A stretch of DNA of 64,000 bases, from contig JBJDZN010000076.1 in NCBI GenBank assembly GCA_051868045.1, positions 71,194 to 135,193 of the forward strand, given 5' to 3'. Source of the DNA: Eubacteriales bacterium (GTDB lineage Bacteria > Bacillota > Clostridia > Oscillospirales > CAG-272). The translations under genes were made by a program, and so were the position numbers. Of the stretch, positions 47,778-54,563 are shown piece after piece (within the stretch, counting starts at the first letter, position 1; the number at the start of each line of letters is the position of its first letter). Under the pieces are notes generated by a model that did no database searches, was not told the DNA's origin, and worked only from the letters and a program-made list of their open reading frames with translations.

Positions 47778-48014
47778 ATGAGCGATTTTTTAAATCATCT
47801 GTTCCTTGCAATCATGGGTATTGCCGTGTGTGTTCTTCCATTGGCAGGGCTTGTCTGGATTGTTATTTCCGTTCTGAAATTTTTCTTTACCCCGAAAACC
47901 GATCGGGACAAGCGTCGCACCCGTGGGATTTTGGCTCTTTTGTCGCTGATTGTGACGGCGGTGTATCTGACCGGACTTGTTATCCTGATGACGACCGCAG
48001 CATCCCATATGTGA
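47778..48014 (+). CDS. Small membrane protein (2 TM), hypothetical
   Basis: SD AAGGGAG 6 nt upstream. Two hydrophobic helices separated by KTDRDKRRTR. Confidence 0.5.
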   Translation: MSDFLNHLFLAIMGIAVCVLPLAGLVWIVISVLKFFFTPKTDRDKRRTRGILALLSLIVTAVYLTGLVILMTTAASHM

Positions 48015-48035
48015 CAGAGAATGGGAGGTTTCTAC

Positions 48036-48173
48036 ATGAGTGATAAACGGTTTCAAAGACTGCTGTTGATCATTGTCGCCATCGGCGTAGCCGCCACAGT
48101 GGCACTTTTGATCTACACGGTCTACCTTTACATGAACTGCTCCATCCTGACCCTCATTGCAAGCGGGAGGTGA
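48036..48173 (+). CDS. Small membrane protein (45 aa, 1-2 TM), hypothetical. It is below the ORF-track length cutoff.
   Basis: ATG preceded by GGGAGG. Translated by hand as MSDKRFQRLLLIIVAIGVAATVALLIYTVYLYMNCSILTLIASGR. Its stop overlaps the SD of the next gene. Confidence 0.4.
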   Translation: MSDKRFQRLLLIIVAIGVAATVALLIYTVYLYMNCSILTLIASGR

Positions 48174-48178
48174 TCAAA

Positions 48179-49138
48179 ATGCGGACAAAGCGTATTCTGA
48201 TTCTGATTGCCGTTGCTCTTGCTTTCGTCTTGGCGGATCTGTCCATTTGGGTGACCTTCACCAGACGCTGTTTGCCTGATACCAGTGAGGGAATGCAGGC
48301 AAAATCCATCGAACTGGATAAATATCTGCCTTTTGACGAAAATTCAGAAATCGTCAACATGAAAGCCGACCTGCCCCTGACCGATGATCTGCCGGTCATC
48401 GACGGTGCGGCGGCACTTTATCCCGTGTTTTCCGCCTTCGTGAACGCCTGCTATCCTGCCGATTCGGTGTCCTTCGACGGCACCGACTTCACGCCGGAAA
48501 GTCTTTTGAAGATGAACAATACCCGTGGTGCCTATCAGGCAGTGGTGGACGGGGATTCGGACATCGTGATTTGCGCAAAGCCCTCTGCCGAGCAGTTGCA
48601 ATATGCCGCCGATCATGGAGTGGAACTGGAGCTTGTTCCCATCGGCAGGGAAGCCTTCGTGTTTCTGGTCAATGCCGAAAATCCCGTGGACAATCTGACC
48701 ATCGAGCAGATTCGGGGAATCTATACCGGAGAATACACCAACTGGTCGGAACTTGGCGGCGAGAATGTTCCCATCAGTCCGCTCCAGCGAAATGAGGGAA
48801 GCGGAAGTCAGACAGCATTTCTCTCTTTCATGGGGGATGCTGATCTGAAGAAACCCTACAATAACTTTTTCGGTTCCGCCATCGGATTCTCCTTCCGCTA
48901 TTATGTGGAGGACGTGGTGGAAAGCGGAAATATCAAAATGCTGTCGGTGAACGGGGTCTATCCCGGTAAGGAAAACATCGCAAACGAAAGCTATCCCATC
49001 GTCAGCAATTTCTATGCGGTTTACCGGAAGGACAACGATAACCCGAATATTCCCATCCTGATTCAGTGGATGCTGTCGGACGAGGGACAGCGTATCATTG
49101 AGGAAACCGGATATTCATCGGTGAGAACAGAACCATAA
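48179..49138 (+). CDS. Membrane-anchored PstS-family (PBP-like) substrate-binding protein, with no transporter partner nearby
   Basis: N-terminal TM anchor. GAAALYPV..., QRNEGSGSQTAF and ...YPIVSNFYAVY resemble PstS-like periplasmic-binding folds. Confidence 0.65.
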   Translation: MRTKRILILIAVALAFVLADLSIWVTFTRRCLPDTSEGMQAKSIELDKYLPFDENSEIVNMKADLPLTDDLPVIDGAAALYPVFSAFVNACYPADSVSFDGTDFTPESLLKMNNTRGAYQAVVDGDSDIVICAKPSAEQLQYAADHGVELELVPIGREAFVFLVNAENPVDNLTIEQIRGIYTGEYTNWSELGGENVPISPLQRNEGSGSQTAFLSFMGDADLKKPYNNFFGSAIGFSFRYYVEDVVESGNIKMLSVNGVYPGKENIANESYPIVSNFYAVYRKDNDNPNIPILIQWMLSDEGQRIIEETGYSSVRTEP

Positions 49139-49142
49139 AAAT

Positions 49143-49180
49143 AAGGGCTGAAGACAAGCGTTTCGCTTTCTTCAGCCCTT
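49143..49180. terminator. Bidirectional terminator between the PstS-like and ACP genes
   Basis: Stem AAGGGCTGAAG/CTTCAGCCCTT. Confidence 0.7.
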
Positions 49181-49225
49181 ATGATTGGGTTCCAACGAAA
49201 GAGGAAAACAAGTAAAACGGGATCG

Positions 49226-49462
49226 TTATTTTTGAGATGCGGCGATATTCTCAGCCAGATCGCCGACGGTGTGCATCTTGATCAGCTCGTCGTCCGGAAC
49301 ATAGTAGCCGTACTTTTCTTCCACCGCCATCAGCAGTTCCACGATGTCAAGGGAATCTGCACCCAGATCGTAGAGCAGATCGCTGTCTTCGGTGATGTCC
49401 TCAGAAGGGAGTTTGCAGAGTTCTGACAGTCTTTTCTGCAAAAAGGCAAGAATTTCATCCAT
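49226..49462 (-). CDS. Acyl carrier protein / phosphopantetheine-binding protein
   Basis: 78 aa with the DLGADSLDIVELLMAVEEKYG attachment motif. Confidence 0.85.
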   Translation of the reverse strand: MDEILAFLQKRLSELCKLPSEDITEDSDLLYDLGADSLDIVELLMAVEEKYGYYVPDDELIKMHTVGDLAENIAASQK

Positions 49463-49467
49463 GTTTC

Positions 49468-51300
49468 TCAGGCATCCTTCCTTTCCGGCGTGACCTCAAA
49501 CTGACTGTTGTACAGCGAGGCGTAGAAGCCTCCGCTTGCCAGAAGTTCCTCATGCTTGCCCGATTCGATGAGCTTGCCGTCCTTGATGACCAGAATGCAG
49601 TCGGCATTCTGAATGGTGGACAGTCGATGGGCGACGATGATGGAGGTTCGCTCTACGCTCAGGGCATCCATGGCACTCTGGAGCAGGGATTCGGTGCGGC
49701 TGTCCACGTTGGAGGTTGCCTCATCCAAAATCAGAATGGGAGAGGGGGACAGCATGGCACGGGCAATGGTCAGGAGCTGTTTCTGCCCCTTGGAGATGTT
49801 CACGCCGTTCTCGTCCAGAACCGTGTCGTAACCCTTGGGCAGGCTCAGAATGTAATCGTGAATCTTCGCCGCCTTGGCAGCCGCTTCGATCTGCTCACGG
49901 GTGGCATCGGGATTGCTGTATGCAATGTTCTCGGCAATGGTACCCTCGAACAGCCAGGTCTCCTGAAGCACCATGGAGAAGCAGGATCTGACGCTGTCCA
50001 GCGTGGCATGGGAGGTATTGACACCGTCAATGCGGATCTCGCCGGTGTCAATGTCATAGAAACGCATCAGCAGATTGATCACCGTGGTCTTTCCCGATCC
50101 GGTGGGTCCTACGATGGCAATCTTGCTCCCTTTGGGAATGGTGACGCTGAGATGGGTCAGTACGGGACGGTCGGGCGTGTAGGAGAAGGAAACGTCGGAA
50201 AGCTCCACTCTTCCGCTTTGACCGGTCACAATCCGGTCGTCCTCTTTGGGTTTCGGCTCCACTTTCTGATCCAGCAGGGTGAAAATTCGTCTTGCGGCAG
50301 AGGTGGCCGATTGAATCTCGCTGATGATGTTGGCGGTCTCGTTGATGGGTCCCGAAAACTTGCGGGAATACAGAATGAAGGTGGACAGACCGTCGATCTC
50401 AATTCTGCCGAACAGGAACAGCAGGGCACCGAACATGGAGATCAGCGACAGCGACACGTTGTTGATAAAGTTGACAGAGGGACCCACTACGCTGCCCTGA
50501 TAGTCGGCACGGAAGTATGCCTCGATGGCATCATCATTGTGAACGTCAAATTTTTCGATCATAACCTTTTCCTGGGCGTAGGCACGGATGGTCTTCTGAC
50601 CGGACAGCATTTCCTCCACATAACCGTTCAGCTCACCCAGCTTTGCCGAGCGGGCACGGAACAGGGGCTTGACCTTGCGGACACGGTAGATGGTGAAGAG
50701 AACCAGGATGGGAACGGTGACGGCGAAAACCAGCATGAGAGGAGGCGCAATTTTCACCATCATGATCGCAGAGCCGACCACCGTGATGACGCCGGAGCAG
50801 ATCTGGAGCAGGTCGTTGGACAGGGAAGCGTTGATGGTGTCGATGTCATAGGATAGGCGGCTGATCAGATCGCCGGTCTGGTTTTTGTCAAAATAGCCAA
50901 CGGGAAGGTCCACCAGATGTTCAAATACCTGCTTACGCATGGTGTAGACCACTTTCTGACCCAGATTGATCATGACCGCAGACAAAAAGAAGGACAGCAA
51001 AGCGGAGGCAAGGTAGCAGATCACCATCCAGATGGCATACTTCAGAACGGTGGGGAAGTCCACCTGTCCGGGTCCTACAATAGCGGCGATTGCCTTTCCC
51101 GACAGGGCAGGGGCAACCAGTGCCAGAACGTTGGAGGAGATCGTCAGAAGGATTGCCAGCGCAAGATCGGCTTTGTGCCGGGGCAGATAGGCGAGAACCC
51201 GAAGAATGATCGAGGATTTGGACCATTCGCCCGGACTTTTGAATTTCTTTTCTTTGTTTTGGTTAGTCAATGGTGAATCCGCCTCCCATCTGTACCTCAT
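49468..51300 (-). CDS. ABC exporter, fused permease-ATPase (type IV/MsbA-like), subunit 2
   Basis: Six-TM domain, then GPTGSGKTT, LSKGQKQLL and ILILDEATS. The start is ATG 51300, or TTG 51270 after GGGAGG. Confidence 0.9.
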   Translation of the reverse strand: MRYRWEADSPLTNQNKEKKFKSPGEWSKSSIILRVLAYLPRHKADLALAILLTISSNVLALVAPALSGKAIAAIVGPGQVDFPTVLKYAIWMVICYLASALLSFFLSAVMINLGQKVVYTMRKQVFEHLVDLPVGYFDKNQTGDLISRLSYDIDTINASLSNDLLQICSGVITVVGSAIMMVKIAPPLMLVFAVTVPILVLFTIYRVRKVKPLFRARSAKLGELNGYVEEMLSGQKTIRAYAQEKVMIEKFDVHNDDAIEAYFRADYQGSVVGPSVNFINNVSLSLISMFGALLFLFGRIEIDGLSTFILYSRKFSGPINETANIISEIQSATSAARRIFTLLDQKVEPKPKEDDRIVTGQSGRVELSDVSFSYTPDRPVLTHLSVTIPKGSKIAIVGPTGSGKTTVINLLMRFYDIDTGEIRIDGVNTSHATLDSVRSCFSMVLQETWLFEGTIAENIAYSNPDATREQIEAAAKAAKIHDYILSLPKGYDTVLDENGVNISKGQKQLLTIARAMLSPSPILILDEATSNVDSRTESLLQSAMDALSVERTSIIVAHRLSTIQNADCILVIKDGKLIESGKHEELLASGGFYASLYNSQFEVTPERKDA

Positions 51301-53026
51301 AGATTTCCCGATAGACGGGACAGGACTCCATCAACTGATCATGGGTCCCGATTCCGATCATCCGACCGCCATCCAGTACCAGAATTTTGTCGGCATGAAG
51401 GATGGAGGAGACACGCTGGGCAACGATCAGCTTGGTCGTGTTGCTGAAATGCTTTGCCAGATCGGCACGCAGCGTTGCATCGGTGCGGTAATCCAAAGCG
51501 GAAGAGGCATCATCCAGAATCAGCAGATCGGGATCTGCTGCTAATGCCCTGGCAATCAGGAGCCTCTGACGCTGACCGCCGCTGAGGTTGGCACCCTTGA
51601 TGTCCAGATGATGCTCTATGGTGTCGGGATAGTCGAAGACATAGTTTGCTTGGGCGATTTTCAGAGCGGTGATAACCTGCTCATCGGTAAGATCACGCCC
51701 GAAACGCACGTTCTCTGAAACGGTGTCGGCGAAGATAAAATCATTCTGGAAGACGATGCCCACCATATTCCGCAATTTTTTGGTGGGCATTTTGCGGATG
51801 TCCTTGCCGTCAATGGTGATCTTGCCCGAATCGGTGTCGTAAATTCGCAGAAGCAGCGAAATCAGGGTCGATTTACCCGAGCCGGTGGCACCGATGATGC
51901 CCAGCGTCTGCCCGTGACAGAGTTCGAAGGAGATGTTCTCGAGGGTTTTCGATTTTGCCTCTTTGTCGTAGGAATAGCTGACATTCTCAAAGGTCAGATG
52001 GGGTTGATCGGGCTGATGATCAGACTCGCTGCGTTCTTCGGTATCGCTCGATTCGCCCTCTTCGCTTACCCAGAGGGTGGGCTCTTCGGTAAGGACGCTG
52101 TCGATTCTCGCCATTCCCGCAAGACCTTTGGAGGAAACCGTAAACATACGGCTGATGCTGATCAGGGCATTGGAAATGATGGTGAAATAACTCATGAAGG
52201 CGATGATTCTGCCCGTGGTGCTTTGCCCACGGTAGACGAAATAGGCACCTGCCGCTACCACGGCGGTAAGACCCAGATTCAGAAACAGATTGACCAGGGG
52301 ATTGGTTGCCGCCATGGTGATTCCGGCGGTCTTTTCCTTTTTGATGGTATCCCTGTTCACGCCGTCGAAGCGGACCTTCTCGTATTCGGTTTTGCGCAGT
52401 GCCTTGATGACCCGCACACCGGTGGCATTTTCACGGACCACCCGGGTCATGTTGTCGATCGCCTGCTGCTGTTTGATGTAAAGGGGAACGCCCTTTTTGG
52501 TGATAATTATCACCGACAGTATGATAAAGGGCATGGTGCAGAGCAAGACCAGCGTCAGATGAGCATCCAGCAGGAAGGTGACCGTAATACCGCCCAGCAG
52601 TAGCAGGGGCGCACGGACACCCATACGCTGAACCATACCTATCATCTGATGGACGTTGTAGGTGTCCACTGTCAGGCGGGACTCCAGCGATGAGATAGTC
52701 AGGTTGTCCACCTGAGCAGCATCCAGATAGGAAATGTGGGCATACAGATCGTGCCGGATAGCCTTCGTGCAGTTGCCTGCCACCCGGGAAGCCATCCGGT
52801 TGGCGATAATGTTGAAGGAGACGGCAATGATTGCACAGATCAGCATGACGACGCCCCAGAAAATAATCTCTTTGATGACCCTTTTGGGGATAATGTCGTC
52901 GATAATCATGGACAGGATCCAGGGCAGAAACAGATCCATGACGGTTCCCACCGCCTTGATCAGAAAACCGAATCCCATCATGCCCACATAGGGTTTCAGA
53001 TAGTGAAGAAGTCTTTTCAAAATCAA
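51263..53026 (-). CDS. ABC exporter, fused permease-ATPase, subunit 1
   Basis: GATGSGKST, LSGGQRQRL and LLILDDASS. TTG start. Confidence 0.9.
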   Translation of the reverse strand: MILKRLLHYLKPYVGMMGFGFLIKAVGTVMDLFLPWILSMIIDDIIPKRVIKEIIFWGVVMLICAIIAVSFNIIANRMASRVAGNCTKAIRHDLYAHISYLDAAQVDNLTISSLESRLTVDTYNVHQMIGMVQRMGVRAPLLLLGGITVTFLLDAHLTLVLLCTMPFIILSVIIITKKGVPLYIKQQQAIDNMTRVVRENATGVRVIKALRKTEYEKVRFDGVNRDTIKKEKTAGITMAATNPLVNLFLNLGLTAVVAAGAYFVYRGQSTTGRIIAFMSYFTIISNALISISRMFTVSSKGLAGMARIDSVLTEEPTLWVSEEGESSDTEERSESDHQPDQPHLTFENVSYSYDKEAKSKTLENISFELCHGQTLGIIGATGSGKSTLISLLLRIYDTDSGKITIDGKDIRKMPTKKLRNMVGIVFQNDFIFADTVSENVRFGRDLTDEQVITALKIAQANYVFDYPDTIEHHLDIKGANLSGGQRQRLLIARALAADPDLLILDDASSALDYRTDATLRADLAKHFSNTTKLIVAQRVSSILHADKILVLDGGRMIGIGTHDQLMESCPVYREIYEVQMGGGFTID

Positions 53027-53048
53027 AATTCCTTTGCTTACAGTGTGT

Positions 53049-53071
53049 ATTCATATTGACGATATATGAAT
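53049..53071. promoter_or_regulatory. Perfect 8-bp inverted repeat (candidate operator) in the leader of the ABC-ABC-ACP operon
   Basis: ATTCATAT-7 nt-ATATGAAT, between the predicted -10 and the start codon. Confidence 0.45.
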
Positions 53072-53081
53072 CTTTCCTATT

Positions 53082-53110
53082 ATTATAGCAAAAAATAGAG
53101 CAGATGTCAA
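53082..53110 (-). promoter_or_regulatory. SigA-type promoter for the ABC-ABC-ACP operon
   Basis: On the minus strand: TTGACA, 17-nt spacer, TATAAT. Confidence 0.65.
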
Positions 53111-53160
53111 GAATTTGTGAAAAATAGTTGGATATGAATGGAGATTTTTGAAGAAAAGAG

Positions 53161-53200
53161 GCAAAACGAAAAACCCCTCAGACGCCGGTCTGAGGGGTTT
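53161..53200 (-). terminator. Intrinsic terminator of rpsF-ssb-rpsR
   Basis: Stem AAACCCCTCAGA/TCTGAGGGGTTT. The minus-strand tail reads TTTTTCGTTTT. Confidence 0.8.
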
Positions 53201-53212
53201 TGCAATAAAAGG

Positions 53213-53533
53213 TTAATCGCTGACGTAAGGGAGCAGCGCAACGGTGCGGGCTCTCTTGATGGCGATTGCGAGCTGACGCTGATGCTTTGCACAAGTGCCG
53301 GTAACTCGTCTGGGCAGAATCTTTGCACGCTCAGAGATGAACTTGCGGAGCTTTGCCGTTTCCTTGAAGTCAATGTGCTCAACATTGTCAACGCAGAACT
53401 GGCAAACCTTCTTTCTCTTGTGGTTCATATTCTGGCGATAAGGTGCCTTTGCGGCGGGAGCCGCAGTTGCAGGTGCTGCTGCGGGAGCGGTCGCTTCAAC
53501 AGGGGCACCCTGAGTTTCTTTCTCGTTCTCCAT
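53213..53533 (-). CDS. rpsR: 30S ribosomal protein S18 with an Ala/Pro-rich N-terminal extension
   Basis: Core CQFC...IDFKE...[35 protein letters not shown]. The long form starts after a strong AAGGAGG. Confidence 0.9.
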   Translation of the reverse strand: MENEKETQGAPVEATAPAAAPATAAPAAKAPYRQNMNHKRKKVCQFCVDNVEHIDFKETAKLRKFISERAKILPRRVTGTCAKHQRQLAIAIKRARTVALLPYVSD

Positions 53534-53561
53534 TGTACCTAATCCTCCTTATTCGTACATT

Positions 53562-54038
53562 TTAAAAGGGCAGATCGTCCTCATTCGACATTTCCTCAAA
53601 CCGAGGAGCGGAGTCGGAACCGCTTTTGAACGTAGGCTGACCGTAGCTGTCGGGAGTATAAGCAGGAGCATTGTTGTTATGGTAAGCAGAGCCGGACGAC
53701 TCGCTCTTGGAATCTACGAAGTTGACTTCATCAGCGACGACCTCGGTAGCATACCGCTTTTGTCCCTGCTGATCCTGCCACGATCTGGTCTGGATGGAAC
53801 CGAGAACACAAATCGAACTTCCTTTATGGAAATAGCGGGATATAAATTCGGCAGTCTGACGCCATGCCACAACGGTTATGAAATCGGTCTGAGGCTGCTG
53901 ATCGGAAGAGGAACGGTAGCTTCTGTTTACCGCAACCGTAAAGGTCATGACGGAGATACCGTTCTGCGTAGTCTTTAACTCCGGTTCGGCTGTTAAACGA
54001 CCGCCAAGAATAACCTTGTTCAGATTAAAATTTGCCAT
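53562..54038 (-). CDS. ssb: Single-stranded DNA-binding protein
   Basis: MANFNLNKVILGGRLTAEPELK OB fold and the acidic C-terminal tip DDLPF. Confidence 0.95.
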   Translation of the reverse strand: MANFNLNKVILGGRLTAEPELKTTQNGISVMTFTVAVNRSYRSSSDQQPQTDFITVVAWRQTAEFISRYFHKGSSICVLGSIQTRSWQDQQGQKRYATEVVADEVNFVDSKSESSGSAYHNNNAPAYTPDSYGQPTFKSGSDSAPRFEEMSNEDDLPF

Positions 54039-54058
54039 TTAAATGCTCCTTTCTGTCA

Positions 54059-54355
54059 TTATGCTTCCTTTGCAACTACGATGGAACGCATGATGCCTTC
54101 GGTAATGTTGAAGATTCTTTCAAGCTCTGCCGTAAACGCAGCAGGGGAATTGAAATTCACCAGAACATAGTAACCTTCGGTCATCTTATTGATGGGGTAT
54201 GCAAGTCTGCGCTTGCCCCATTCTGCAGTCGAAGTGATTTCACCGTTTGCGCTGATCAGCGAAGTGAACTTCTCAACGATTGCCTTTACTGCGTCCTCAC
54301 CCTTGGAAAGATCAACGACGAATAAAGTTTCATAAGACTGGTTCTTGTTTTCCAT
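54059..54355 (-). CDS. rpsF: 30S ribosomal protein S6
   Basis: YETLFVV......EWGKRRLAYPI...GYYVLVNF. Confidence 0.95.
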   Translation of the reverse strand: MENKNQSYETLFVVDLSKGEDAVKAIVEKFTSLISANGEITSTAEWGKRRLAYPINKMTEGYYVLVNFNSPAAFTAELERIFNITEGIMRSIVVAKEA

Positions 54356-54437
54356 TTTTACACCTCCCTATGGACATTAGACCGCAAAGAGTCCCTTGCG
54401 GTAAGGAGAAGTCCGTTTTCCGGACCTTCACCCGGAT

Positions 54438-54466
54438 ATTATACACTTTTTCTTTTGATTTGTCAA
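54438..54466 (-). promoter_or_regulatory. SigA-type promoter for rpsF-ssb-rpsR
   Basis: On the minus strand: TTGACA, 17-nt spacer, TATAAT. Confidence 0.7.
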
Positions 54467-54518
54467 GGGCTTTTCCAACATTTTTTGCAAAATAAAGGCA
54501 AAAATTGCCCACTGATCA

Positions 54519-54552
54519 AGAAAAATCCTGCTGACGCCGGTCAGCAGGATTT
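54519..54552 (-). terminator. Intrinsic terminator of the LRR gene
   Basis: 13-bp stem AAATCCTGCTGAC/GTCAGCAGGATTT with a minus-strand T-run. Confidence 0.8.
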
Positions 54553-54563
54553 AAATTCAGGGA

